DNA of 64,000 nt from Pseudonocardia sp. (GCF_025965585.1 NZ_JAOPWR010000177.1:1588-65587); one strand, 5' to 3'; counted from the first letter of the stretch, positions 11,282 to 22,813 are shown. Notes: generated by a model not told the origin, from the sequence alone. A program made the numbers and translations.

Positions 11282-12190
11282 GTGACGGCACTGCTCGAGG
11301 CACCGGCCGCGCCCCCGGAACCCGCCGGGGCGCGGCCGGCCCGGCCCTGGCGCGCCGCGCTGGGGCTACTGCCGTTCACCCTCTACCTGCTGGTCTTCCT
11401 CGGCGGCCCGCTGTACTTCGTCGTCAGCGGCGCGTTCTCCACCCCCGACGGGCTGCCGACGTTCGACAACATCATCGCGTCGGTCACCCAGCCCCAGTAC
11501 CGGCTGGCGTTCGTCTCCAGCCTGCTGATCTCGGCCGTCACCGCCCTGATCGGTGCGGTGTCCGGGGTGTTCCTCGCGCAGGCGGTGATCACCAGCCGCC
11601 CCGACAGCCCTCTGCGGCGGATCGTGTCCACGGCGTCCGGCGTGCTCGCCTACTTCGGCGGGGTGCCGCTGGCGTTCGCCTTCATCGGGGCGCTGGGCCA
11701 GACCGGGCTGGCCACGCTGTTCCTCAAGGGCATCGGCATCGACCTCTACGGGCTCGGCTTCCGGATCGACTCGCTCACCGGCCTGGGGCTCACGTACGTC
11801 TACTTCCAGATCCCGTTGATGGTCATCCTCATCACCCCGACGCTGGAGGGCCTGCTGCCGCAGTGGCGGGAGGCCGCGGAGAACCTCGGGGCGTCGGCGT
11901 GGTCGTACTGGCGGTTCGTGGCGTTCCCGGTGCTCGCGCCGGCGCTCGGCGGGGCGGTGCTCGTGCTGTTCGGCAACTCCTTCGCCGCGTACGCCACCGC
12001 GCTCGCCCTCACCAGCGGGCAGATCCCCCTGGTCACCAACTCCATCGCGTCGGCCCTGTCGGGCAACGTGCTGGCCAACCAGCAGAACGTCGGCCTGGCG
12101 CTGGGCTTCGACATGGTCGTCGTGATCGGCGTCGTGATGGTCGGGTACCTGCTGCTGCAACGGCGCGCGTCCCGCTGGCGTCCGAAGTGA
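11282..12190 (+). CDS. ABC transporter permease
   Basis: Multiple TM helices; EAAENLGAS loop. Confidence 0.9.
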   Translation: MTALLEAPAAPPEPAGARPARPWRAALGLLPFTLYLLVFLGGPLYFVVSGAFSTPDGLPTFDNIIASVTQPQYRLAFVSSLLISAVTALIGAVSGVFLAQAVITSRPDSPLRRIVSTASGVLAYFGGVPLAFAFIGALGQTGLATLFLKGIGIDLYGLGFRIDSLTGLGLTYVYFQIPLMVILITPTLEGLLPQWREAAENLGASAWSYWRFVAFPVLAPALGGAVLVLFGNSFAAYATALALTSGQIPLVTNSIASALSGNVLANQQNVGLALGFDMVVVIGVVMVGYLLLQRRASRWRPK

Positions 12191-12972
12191 CGCGCGGCAG
12201 GCGCTGGCGCGTCGTCGTCTTCACCCTCGCGGCCGTCTACTTCCTCGTGCCGCTGATCGCCGCGGGCGAGTTCAGCCTGCGCAGGCCCGAGGGCGGCTAC
12301 GGCTTCGCCAACTACCTGGCCATCGCCACCGACCCCGTCCTGCTCTCGGCGCTGCTCGTGTCGTTGCAGATCGCGGTGTTCACGGCGGTGCTCGTGCTCG
12401 TGCTGGTGATCCCCACGGCCGTGTGGGTCCGGCTGCGCTTCCCGTCGGTGACGGGGCTGCTGGAGACGGCCACGATCCTGCCCATCGTCGTGCCTCCCGT
12501 CGTCATGGCGGCGGGCATCGCGTTCGTGCAGGCCAACCTGGAGGCGCCGGTGTTCCGCACGCTGTTCGCCTCGTCCACCACCGCGCTGACGCCGTTCTAC
12601 GTGGTGCTCGCGCTGCCTTTCGCCTACCGCGCCGTCGACAACGGGCTCGCGGCCATCCCGCTGCGCACGCTGGTCGAGGCGGCCCGCAACCTCGGTGCCG
12701 GCCTGCCGTCGGCGCTGCTGCGCGTGGTGCTGCCCGCCATCCGAAGCGCGGTGCTCGGCTCGGCCTTCCTGACGCTCGCGCTCGTGCTCGGCGAGGTCGT
12801 GATCGCCCGGATCCTGCTCTACACCGACACCTTCCCGGTTGTCGTCATCGACGTCGGCCGCAGCGCCGCCGGCGTCTCGGTGGCCCTGACGCTGGCCAGC
12901 CTGGTGCTCACCTGGGTGCTGCTGCTGATCGTGTCGTTCGCCGGTGGGCGCCGTACGAGGAGTTCCTCATGA
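12187..12972 (+). CDS. ABC transporter permease
   Basis: GTGA overlap with the previous gene; EAARNLGAG loop. Confidence 0.9.
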   Translation: MTRGRRWRVVVFTLAAVYFLVPLIAAGEFSLRRPEGGYGFANYLAIATDPVLLSALLVSLQIAVFTAVLVLVLVIPTAVWVRLRFPSVTGLLETATILPIVVPPVVMAAGIAFVQANLEAPVFRTLFASSTTALTPFYVVLALPFAYRAVDNGLAAIPLRTLVEAARNLGAGLPSALLRVVLPAIRSAVLGSAFLTLALVLGEVVIARILLYTDTFPVVVIDVGRSAAGVSVALTLASLVLTWVLLLIVSFAGGRRTRSSS

Positions 12973-13048
12973 CCGCCGACGTACTTGTCCCCGCGGAAGC
13001 GGAATCATGACCGCCGACGTACTTGTCCCTGCGGAGGCGGAATCATGA
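12969..13048 (+). repeat. Two tandem 38-bp MIRU-like units, each encoding MTADVLVPAEAES*
   Basis: atgaccgccgacgtacttgtccc(c/t)gcgga(a/g)gcggaatc twice; ATGA overlaps at 12969, 13007 and 13045. Confidence 0.9.
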
Positions 13049-14055
13049 CCGACGTCATCGCCACCGGCTCCGGCACGGAGACGGCGCGCGGCACCACCGT
13101 GGAGTTCCGCGGGGTGCAGCGGGCCTACGGGTCCACGTTCGCGCTCGACGGGCTCGACCTCACGCTGCAACCGGGCGAGCTGCTGGCCCTGCTCGGGCCT
13201 TCGGGCTGCGGCAAGACCACCGCGCTGCGCCTGCTGGCGGGCTTCGACAAGCCCACCGAGGGTCAGATCCTCATCGGCGGCAAGGACGTCACGGGCGTGC
13301 CGGCCGCCAAGCGCGACACCGGCATGGTGTTCCAGGCCTACTCGCTGTTCCCCACGATGACGGCCGCGGAGAACGTGGCCTTCGGGCTGCGCATGCGGCG
13401 GGTCGGGGCGGCCGAGCGCAGGCGCCGCGCCGGCGAACTGCTGGAGCTCGTCGGGCTCGGCGAGCGCGGTGGCTCCTACCCGCACGAGATGTCCGGCGGC
13501 CAGCAGCAGCGTGTGGCGCTCGCCCGCGCGCTCGCCGTCTCGCCGTCGGTGCTGCTGCTCGACGAGCCGCTCTCCGCCCTCGACGCCCGGGTCCGTGTGC
13601 AGCTGCGCGACGAGATCCGGAGGCTGCAGCTCGCGGAGGGCATCACCACGCTGTTCGTCACGCACGACCAGTCCGAGGCGCTGGGCGTCGCCGACCGGGT
13701 GGCGGTGCTCAACGCGGGCCGTCTCGAGCAGGTCGACGTGCCGCAGGAGGTCTACACCCGGCCCGCCACCGCGTTCGTCGCCGAGTTCGTGGGGGTGATG
13801 AACGAGGTGCCGCTCCAGGGCGGGCGCATCGTGCCCGGCGGCTCCCACAGCGTGCAGGTGCGGCCCGAGGGCCTGGCGCTCGGCGTGGCGGACGGCCTCA
13901 CGGCCACGGTTCTGACCAGCACGTTCCTCGGGGCCGTCACCCGCTTCGTGCTCACCAGCGAGGTCGGGGAGCTGACCGTCGACATGGTGAGCGGCCCGAA
14001 CCTGCCCCGCATCGGCGAGGCCACCACGGTCGGGCCGGTGGCCGCGGAGCGCTGA
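13045..14055 (+). CDS. ABC transporter ATP-binding protein with TOBE domain
   Basis: GPSGCGKT, MSGGQQQRVA, LLLDEP and VTHDQ motifs. Confidence 0.95.
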   Translation: MTDVIATGSGTETARGTTVEFRGVQRAYGSTFALDGLDLTLQPGELLALLGPSGCGKTTALRLLAGFDKPTEGQILIGGKDVTGVPAAKRDTGMVFQAYSLFPTMTAAENVAFGLRMRRVGAAERRRRAGELLELVGLGERGGSYPHEMSGGQQQRVALARALAVSPSVLLLDEPLSALDARVRVQLRDEIRRLQLAEGITTLFVTHDQSEALGVADRVAVLNAGRLEQVDVPQEVYTRPATAFVAEFVGVMNEVPLQGGRIVPGGSHSVQVRPEGLALGVADGLTATVLTSTFLGAVTRFVLTSEVGELTVDMVSGPNLPRIGEATTVGPVAAER

Positions 14056-14075
14056 GGGCAGGCCGCGGTCGCTGC

Positions 14076-15047
14076 TCAGGCGGTGGTGGCCGTCGCCCGC
14101 CCGAACCGCGCACCCCACTCCCGCACGTACTCCACCAGCTCCGGCGGGGCGAGCACCTCGAACTCCGCGCCGATCGAGCCGAGCGCCATCGCGGGCCAGT
14201 CGAGCGAGTCTGCCGTCATCCGCAGCAGGCAGTGCTCGGCGTCGAGGGGTTCGGCGGTGGCCCACCGGCCGATCCGTCCCTGCACGACCGCGACGGGCGC
14301 CTGCACCCGCACCTCAACCGTGTAGGACGACGCGGGCGACGACTGGAGCCCCGCGCGGACGAACTCGGCCGCGTCGGCGGCGGGCAGGGTCCGGGGGCGG
14401 AAGCGGACACCGGTGATGCGTGGCCCGGTGAGCCGGTCGACGCGGAAGCTCCGCCAGTCGTGGCGGCCCAGGTCGTAGGCCACGAGGTACCACCGGCGTC
14501 CGACCGGCACGAGCCGGTGCGGCTCGACGTGGCGCTCGGTCCGGTCGCCGCCGCGGGCGGTGTAGGCGAACTCGAGCCGCTCGGTGTCACGGCAGGCCTG
14601 CGCCACGGCGATCAGCGCCGCCGGGTCCAGGGCGGGCGCTGCCGAGGTGCCCCAGCTGACGGGTTCGGTGACCGCGCGCAGCGCGTCGACCCGGCGGCGC
14701 AGCCGCGGCGGCATCACCTGCACCACCTTGGTCAGCGCGCGGACCGCCGGCTCCCCGATGCCTGCCATCGCGCCCTGCGCCGCCGCCTGCATGCCGACGG
14801 CGATCGCGACGGCCTCGTCGTCGTCGACGACCAGCGGGGGCAGCACCGCCCCGGCCGCGAGCTGGTAGCCGCCGTCGACGCCGCGGCTGGCCTCCACCGG
14901 ATAGCCGAGCTCGCGCAGGCGGTCGATGTCGCGGCGCAGCGTGCGCACCGAGACCTCCAGCCGACCCGCCAGCTCCTCGCCGGGCCAGTGGCGGTGGGTC
15001 TGCAGCAGCGACAGCAGGCGCAGCGTCCGGGAGCTCGTGTTGGCCAC
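14076..15047 (-). CDS. YafY-family HTH-WYL transcriptional regulator
   Basis: ELAGRLEVSVRTLRRDIDRLRELGYPV HTH; RRWYLVAYDLGRHDWRSFRVDR WYL motif. Confidence 0.93.
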   Translation of the reverse strand: MANTSSRTLRLLSLLQTHRHWPGEELAGRLEVSVRTLRRDIDRLRELGYPVEASRGVDGGYQLAAGAVLPPLVVDDDEAVAIAVGMQAAAQGAMAGIGEPAVRALTKVVQVMPPRLRRRVDALRAVTEPVSWGTSAAPALDPAALIAVAQACRDTERLEFAYTARGGDRTERHVEPHRLVPVGRRWYLVAYDLGRHDWRSFRVDRLTGPRITGVRFRPRTLPAADAAEFVRAGLQSSPASSYTVEVRVQAPVAVVQGRIGRWATAEPLDAEHCLLRMTADSLDWPAMALGSIGAEFEVLAPPELVEYVREWGARFGRATATTA

Positions 15048-15069
15048 GTGCCCAGTCTCCGGCAATTCA

Positions 15070-15101
15070 GGTCGGGAAGTGACCGCTGGGGTCCCTAGAG
15101 T
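15070..15101 (+). promoter_or_regulatory. Putative WYL-regulator operator (GGTC-N7-GACC) and leaderless -10 (TAGAGT) of the DinB gene
   Basis: Short inverted repeat 15070-15084; TAGAGT at 15096-15101, 7 nt before ATG 15109. Confidence 0.5.
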
Positions 15102-15108
15102 CCTGCTC

Positions 15109-15609
15109 ATGACGACGAACGAACGCGGCGACCTGCTGGAGAGCCTCACCGCCCACCGGGGGTTCCTCCTCCACACGGTGCAGGGCCTGACCGACGACCA
15201 GGCGCGGCAGCGCACCACGGTCAGCGAGCTGACCCTCGGCGGGCTGGTCAAGCACGTGGCGAGGACCGAGAAGGGGTGGGCCGACTTCATCCTCGACGGG
15301 CCCTCGTCCATGGAGATGACCGAGGACAGCTACGCCGAGCACGCCGACGGCTTCGTCCTCCGCGACGACGAGACCCTGGCCGGCGTGCTGGCGGAGTACG
15401 AGAAGATCGCGCAGCGCACCGACGAGCTCGTGCGCACCCTGCCCGACCTCGGCGCGGCCCAGCCGCTGCCCGAGGCGCCCTGGTTCACACCGGGCGCGAC
15501 CCGTTCGGCCCGCCGCGTGTTCGTGCACATCGTGGCCGAGACGGCCCAGCACGCCGGCCACGCCGATATCCTCCGCGAGGCCATCGACGGCCAGAAGACG
15601 ATGGGCTGA
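15109..15609 (+). CDS. DinB-superfamily (DUF664, mycothiol transferase-like) protein
   Basis: LTLGGLVKHVA and HIVAETAQHAGHADILREAIDG. Confidence 0.88.
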   Translation: MTTNERGDLLESLTAHRGFLLHTVQGLTDDQARQRTTVSELTLGGLVKHVARTEKGWADFILDGPSSMEMTEDSYAEHADGFVLRDDETLAGVLAEYEKIAQRTDELVRTLPDLGAAQPLPEAPWFTPGATRSARRVFVHIVAETAQHAGHADILREAIDGQKTMG

Positions 15610-15685
15610 ACCGTGAGCGAGAAGAACGAGATCCTGGCGACGCTGTAGCGCGCGGACTGTCGGTGGTCGCTGTCAGGATGGATCG

Positions 15686-17224
15686 GTGCTGCTCACCGAG
15701 GTCGTCTCAACGTCCGCCGCGGTCGGCGCCACCCGCTCGCGCAAGGAGAAGTCGGCGGCCCTGGCCTCGCTGCTGCGGGCCGCGGCCCCCGACGAGGTGG
15801 AGGCCGCCACGTCGTGGCTGGCGGGCGAGCCGCGGCAGGGCCGCATCGGCACCGGCTGGCGCACGCTGTCCGGCCTGGCCGGCGATCCCGCGGCCGAGCC
15901 CTCGCTGACCGTGTCCGGTGTCGACGCCACGCTCACCGATCTGGCCGCCACGTCGGGTGCGGGCTCCACGCGGCGGCGCAGGGAGCTCCTCGAGTCGCTG
16001 TTCGGCGCCGCCACCGCCGACGAGCAGGCGTTCCTCGTCCGGCTGCTCACCGGTGATCTGCGACAGGGCGCGCTCGAGGGCGTCATGCTCGACGCGATCG
16101 CGGGCGCCGCTGACGTGCCCGCCACGAGCGTCCGCCGCGCGTTCATGCTCTCGGGCCGGCTGCCCGCCACCGCGGCCACGGCCCTTTCCGGCGGAGTCGA
16201 CGCGCTCGACGCCGTGCGCCTGCACGTGGGCACGCCGCTGCGCCCGATGCTCGCGAGCCCCGGCGACTCGCTCGACGCCGCGCTGGCCGTGCTGGGCGAG
16301 GACGTCACGGTCGAGTTCAAGCTCGACGGCGCGCGCATCCAGGTCCACCGCGACGGTGCCGAGGTGCGGGTCTGGACCCGCACGCTGCGCGAGATCACCG
16401 ACGGCGTGCCGGAGCTGGTGGAGCTGGTCCGCGCCCTCCCCTGCCGCACGGCCGTGCTCGACGGGGAGACCCTCGCGCTCGACGACGACGGCCGCCCGCG
16501 CCCGTTCCAGGACACGATGAGCCGCTTCGGCAGCGACGTCGCGGAGGAGCAGGCACTGCTCAGCCCGTTCTTCTTCGACCTCCTCCACCTGGGCGGCACC
16601 GACCTGATCGACGAGCCGCTGCACGTCCGCCTCGACGCGCTGGCCGGCCTGCTCGCCGAGCACCCGCCACTGCGGATGCCCGGCGTCCGCACGCCCACGC
16701 CCGAGCAGGCCGCCCAGGTGCTCGACGACGCGCTGTCGGCCGGCCACGAGGGCGTCGTCGTCAAGGCGCTCGACGCCCCCTACGCGGCGGGCCGGCGCGG
16801 CAAGGCCTGGCAGAAGGTCAAGCCCGTGCACACCCTCGACCTCGTCGTCCTCGGCGCGGAGTGGGGATACGGCCGCCGCGCGGGCTCGCTCTCGAACATC
16901 CACCTCGGCGCCCGCGATCCCGACGGCGGCGAGCCGATCATGGTGGGCAAGACGTTCAAGGGCATGACCGACGAGCTGCTGGCGTGGCAGACGGCCACGT
17001 TCCCGTCCTACGCCCGCGAGGCTCGTGACATCCAGGAGGCGAGCCACGCGGTGCTGCTGCGCCCCGAGCTGGTGGTCGAGATCGCTCTCGACGGCGCGCA
17101 GCGCAGCGTCCGCTACCCCGGCGGCGTGGCCCTGCGGTTCGCGCGCGTGCTGCGCTACCGCCCCGACAAGACCCCGGCCGAGGCCGACACGATCGAGGCG
17201 GTGCGGGCCCTGCTGAACGGGTGA
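15686..17224 (+). CDS. ligB: ATP-dependent DNA ligase
   Basis: EFKLDGARIQVH adenylation motif, EGVVVK, WQKVK and LRFARVLRYRPDK. Confidence 0.93.
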   Translation: MLLTEVVSTSAAVGATRSRKEKSAALASLLRAAAPDEVEAATSWLAGEPRQGRIGTGWRTLSGLAGDPAAEPSLTVSGVDATLTDLAATSGAGSTRRRRELLESLFGAATADEQAFLVRLLTGDLRQGALEGVMLDAIAGAADVPATSVRRAFMLSGRLPATAATALSGGVDALDAVRLHVGTPLRPMLASPGDSLDAALAVLGEDVTVEFKLDGARIQVHRDGAEVRVWTRTLREITDGVPELVELVRALPCRTAVLDGETLALDDDGRPRPFQDTMSRFGSDVAEEQALLSPFFFDLLHLGGTDLIDEPLHVRLDALAGLLAEHPPLRMPGVRTPTPEQAAQVLDDALSAGHEGVVVKALDAPYAAGRRGKAWQKVKPVHTLDLVVLGAEWGYGRRAGSLSNIHLGARDPDGGEPIMVGKTFKGMTDELLAWQTATFPSYAREARDIQEASHAVLLRPELVVEIALDGAQRSVRYPGGVALRFARVLRYRPDKTPAEADTIEAVRALLNG

Positions 17225-17268
17225 ACCGCCCGCTCAGCTCGCCCGGCCCGATCCGCCGCCGCCCGGCC

Positions 17269-20200
17269 TCAGCCGTCCTGCGCCGCAGCGCGCGCCAGCA
17301 CCTCCTCCGCCGTGGGCGGGCTCGCCGGGTGGTGGCTCAGGCACATCGGCTCGCGCACCTTCACGAACGACACACCGTCGCCGGCCGCGACGTAGAACTG
17401 GCCCGAGGTGAGCCGGGAGATGTCGTCGACCCGGCCGCCCTTGTTCCGGGCCAGCTCGGTGGCCGCGGCGATCTGGGCGCCCGAGTTGAGGAAGCCGAAG
17501 AACTGCGTCGCCGCATTCCCGGTGATCCGATTGTGCAGTCCCTTCGGCGCCTGGGTGGCGAACACCAGCCCGAGTCCGTACTTCCGGGCCTGCGACGCCA
17601 GCGAGATCGTGCTCTCGGTGCACGCGGTGAGCGCGCCGGACGGCGCGAACGTCTGGGCCTCGTCCATCACGAAGAGCCCCCCGAGCGGCCAATCGCCCGC
17701 CGGGTTCGCCTTGACCCAGGAGAACAGCGCCATCTGGAGCTGGTTGACGAATCCCTGGCGCTGCTCGTCGGCCGGCAGCCCGATGAAGCTGATCACGGAG
17801 ATGCGAGCGCGCTTCCCCGAGCTCGGGGTGAGCAGGGCCGACGGGTCGACGGCCTGACCGGACCCACCGAAGAGCGGATCGTTGATCATCGCGGCCCGCA
17901 GTGCCTCCTCCATCTCACCGGCGAGCTTCCGACCGCCGCGCAGGCCGCTGATCCCGTCGGGCAGCTCACCGAGCAGCTCGACGAACCCGCCGAGGGACTG
18001 CCCGCCGTTGCGGGCGTAGTACTCCAGCGCCTCCCGCAGCACGGCCTTGCCCTGCTCGATCTTCTTCCCGGTGAGCTGTGCCCGCGGAGCCAGGCTGGCG
18101 ACGGCGGATCCGATCGCGAGACCGAACTCGTAGTCGTCGTCGAGAACGGGCCCGAACTCCGGTAGCGGCTGGAACGACAGCGGCCGCCCCTTCGACACGC
18201 CCGGCGTCCAGACCACCACCTCGGTGTGCGCGAGATAGTCGTCGGCCTTGGCCGCGTCGCCCTCGTTCCAGCTGCTCGGCGGCTCGGGCCACCGGTCGCC
18301 CATGCGCGCGAGGTCGTTGTTGGGATCGAGCACGATCGCCGACACACCTTGCAGCGCGCACTCCTCGACGAGCCGCCGGAGCAGCACCGTCTTGCCCGAT
18401 CCGGAACCGGCGAACACCGCCGTGTGCTTGCGCAGCGATGCGAGCTCGACGAGCACGTCGCGCTGGTCTTGTTCGGAGCGGCCGACCGGCAAGCTCGGCC
18501 GCCCCTGGGGCCGGGGCCGCGGGGTCGGGCTGGGCCGCGGCGGCACCGGGACAGGCGTCACGACGGGCGTCGGCGGGATCACGGCGGGCGAGGGGGCGCC
18601 CAGCGTCCGCCGGAAGAGCTCGGTGGAGCCGGCCGGCCTGCGCACGGCGAGCCACTCCAGGAAACCCGGGCGCGGTGGCCGCTGCATGACCTCCAGCGCC
18701 GCGAACGTCCGCAGGTCGGCCTCGCTGATCGGGATGGCCATACCGCCCAGCTCCTCCAGCTCGGCGACGGCCCGGGCCGTCACGGGACCGTTCGGCCACT
18801 CCCGGTTGCGGATCAGCACCAGCCTCCGCTTGTCCGCTCCCGACCGCAGGCCCGACTCGGTGCGCGCCGAGCTGATCCGGCTCTGGACCGCCCGGTGGTG
18901 CTGGTGCGCGATCGCCCGGAACGCGTAGTGGGTCTCGTCCTCCGTGTTCTCCTGCAGGGTCCGCCGCAGTCGGGCGTGCAGCGCGGGCTTCTTCCCGCGC
19001 ATCGCGTCGACGGCGAGCTGCTGCCCGTCCTCGCCCAGCTCGGCGATGTAGGCGCTGAGGCCCGCGGTGAGCAGAGCCGGCATCCGCACGTCCTCGGTGT
19101 CCTGGTCCATGGGCGTGACGACGTCCGCTTCCTCGCGCAGCCGCGCGAACCAGGTGTCCATCGCCTCCAGCACGGTGACGGGAGGCAGGTTGGGCGGCGT
19201 GACCGGGTCGGACGTGTCGGCAAGGTCCGTCAGCTCGCGCACCTCGCCGGCGTCGAGGCATCCCCGGATGTGGGTGTCGACGCGCTGGAGCAGCTTGCGC
19301 GGCGTGAGGGTCGTGGCCCCCTCGAAGGCCGACGGCCTGACCGGCCAGGTCGCGTATCGCGGCCGGAACCCGATGTCGGCGTACCAGCCGCCGAGGTGCT
19401 GACCGACGATCGCGGCGGCGATGGCGGAGTCGGGCATGGCGCCCTGGAGGGTCTCGGTCCGGAAGCGGTCGGTCGCCGCGGTCACGGCGTTCTTCTTGAT
19501 GATCTCCCACGACGCCGGGAGGCACGCCACGATCGACAGCGTCCGACGGGTCGCCTCACGGAGCTCCATCATCCCGTCGGCGATCCCACCGACCACCGCG
19601 GTCTGCTTTTCCTGCACGGCGGTGCTCGTGCCCACGGTCGACTGTGTGATGAGCGGGTCGATCTGGTCGACGGCGATCACGGTGGGACCGGTGAGCGCCA
19701 GCAGCCGCGACAGGTCCCGCAGCACCAGCTGCCGGGACCTGGCCCCCCGCCGGAAGCCCCACTCCTCGCGAGCCGGTTCCTCGACATCACCGTCGAGGGT
19801 GAGGTAGGCGTACCCGATCTCCTGGGTGTCCGGGTCGTCCGCGCGGAACAGCACCAGGGCACGCAGGGTGTTCTGGCAGTCCATCCCGACCTGCCGGTCG
19901 ACCTTGCGCAGGCCGGTGACCAGCTCGTCAAGGTCACGCCGGGAGACCGGGATGGTCCCCCCGATGCGCAGCTGCGCCAGCGCCGGCATGCCGGCGAGCT
20001 GGGCGAGCCTGCGCAGCAGCGGGGTCAGCTGGTCGACCTGGCCGGCGTCGAAGCCGTCGACGACCCCGTGCACCGCGCTGCGCCAGAACTCGTCGCCCTC
20101 GAGCAGCTTGACCAGGAAGAAGTAGCCGTCCTCCTGCTGCACGTGCTGGCGCACCCAGCGCAGCATGTGGGTCTTGCCCACACCTCGCTCGCCCTGGAGC

Positions 20201-20382
20201 ACGATGCCGAGCGGGCTCGCGCCGGAGCTCGTCCGCGCCTCCTGAACGGAGCTCAGAACGGCTCGCCCTACCTTCTCGTGCAGCCCCTCGACGTGGTGCG
20301 TGACCGGGGTCCACACGTCGTCCGGGGTGACGGCCCAGTTGAACTGGACGGCTTCCAGCGCCGCCCGCTCCTCGTCGGTCAT
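17269..20382 (-). CDS. Dual ATPase: N-terminal AAA+-type ATPase fused to a C-terminal HerA/FtsK (DUF87) ATPase
   Basis: First domain GERGVGKT and VIAVDQID; second domain AGSGSGKT, VMDEAQ, RKYG and ATQ; Pro-rich linker between them. Confidence 0.88.
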   Translation of the reverse strand: MTDEERAALEAVQFNWAVTPDDVWTPVTHHVEGLHEKVGRAVLSSVQEARTSSGASPLGIVLQGERGVGKTHMLRWVRQHVQQEDGYFFLVKLLEGDEFWRSAVHGVVDGFDAGQVDQLTPLLRRLAQLAGMPALAQLRIGGTIPVSRRDLDELVTGLRKVDRQVGMDCQNTLRALVLFRADDPDTQEIGYAYLTLDGDVEEPAREEWGFRRGARSRQLVLRDLSRLLALTGPTVIAVDQIDPLITQSTVGTSTAVQEKQTAVVGGIADGMMELREATRRTLSIVACLPASWEIIKKNAVTAATDRFRTETLQGAMPDSAIAAAIVGQHLGGWYADIGFRPRYATWPVRPSAFEGATTLTPRKLLQRVDTHIRGCLDAGEVRELTDLADTSDPVTPPNLPPVTVLEAMDTWFARLREEADVVTPMDQDTEDVRMPALLTAGLSAYIAELGEDGQQLAVDAMRGKKPALHARLRRTLQENTEDETHYAFRAIAHQHHRAVQSRISSARTESGLRSGADKRRLVLIRNREWPNGPVTARAVAELEELGGMAIPISEADLRTFAALEVMQRPPRPGFLEWLAVRRPAGSTELFRRTLGAPSPAVIPPTPVVTPVPVPPRPSPTPRPRPQGRPSLPVGRSEQDQRDVLVELASLRKHTAVFAGSGSGKTVLLRRLVEECALQGVSAIVLDPNNDLARMGDRWPEPPSSWNEGDAAKADDYLAHTEVVVWTPGVSKGRPLSFQPLPEFGPVLDDDYEFGLAIGSAVASLAPRAQLTGKKIEQGKAVLREALEYYARNGGQSLGGFVELLGELPDGISGLRGGRKLAGEMEEALRAAMINDPLFGGSGQAVDPSALLTPSSGKRARISVISFIGLPADEQRQGFVNQLQMALFSWVKANPAGDWPLGGLFVMDEAQTFAPSGALTACTESTISLASQARKYGLGLVFATQAPKGLHNRITGNAATQFFGFLNSGAQIAAATELARNKGGRVDDISRLTSGQFYVAAGDGVSFVKVREPMCLSHHPASPPTAEEVLARAAAQDG

Positions 20383-20972
20383 CCGGCCTCGATCATCAGC
20401 AGGTGCCGGTCGTCGCCACCGAAGTGCATGGCGGCAGCACGGTCGGCGTCGGTGAGCGCCTTCTGGTTGGACTCGGCCTGGACGTGCACGCCCGGCGTGC
20501 TCGCCATCCGCTCCAGCTCCCCGTCGACCTCCGTACGGGGGACGCCGAACAGCTCCTCCCTCAAGGCCGCCAGGCCCACCCAGTCGCCGGCGGCCGTCGC
20601 GAGCCGGGCGTAGGCACCGCGGATCTGCTTCTCGACGTCCGGCCGGAAGATCTCGTGGAGCGGTCGCCCGCTCCGTCCCAGCCCGGCGAGCAGCGCGTAG
20701 AGCGCTCCGCCCAGATACCCGGCCCGCGGCGGAACCGGCTCGGACATCTCCGCCGTGCACCACGCCGCGCCGTCGTCGGTCAGCTCGTGCGCGAAGACGC
20801 GCCCCACCTTCCGCGACGTGACCAGCTTCCGGTCGTTCAGCCGGCGGCGCGGCGCGCCGTCCAGCGCGAGACCGGCCACGGCACGCAGCTCGGCGTTGGT
20901 CACCTCACGCGCCTCGGCCATCAGCGCGAGCAGGATCGCTCGCTCGCGGTTCGTCAGGTCGTCAGCGGGCAC
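20379..20972 (-). CDS. Hypothetical protein, probably tandem winged-helix
   Basis: LTNRERAILLALM...HELTDDGAAW and IRGAYARL...WVGLAALREEL patterns; ATGA overlap with the ATPase; GGAGG RBS. Confidence 0.75.
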   Translation of the reverse strand: MPADDLTNRERAILLALMAEAREVTNAELRAVAGLALDGAPRRRLNDRKLVTSRKVGRVFAHELTDDGAAWCTAEMSEPVPPRAGYLGGALYALLAGLGRSGRPLHEIFRPDVEKQIRGAYARLATAAGDWVGLAALREELFGVPRTEVDGELERMASTPGVHVQAESNQKALTDADRAAAMHFGGDDRHLLMIEAG

Positions 20973-21035
20973 GGTTCGTCCTCCGGGTTCACGGTGTTCC
21001 CTGGTCGAGAATCTCGGTCGCTCCCGGCCGGGTGA

Positions 21036-22806
<1,771 letters not shown>

Positions 22807-22813
22807 CGAACCG

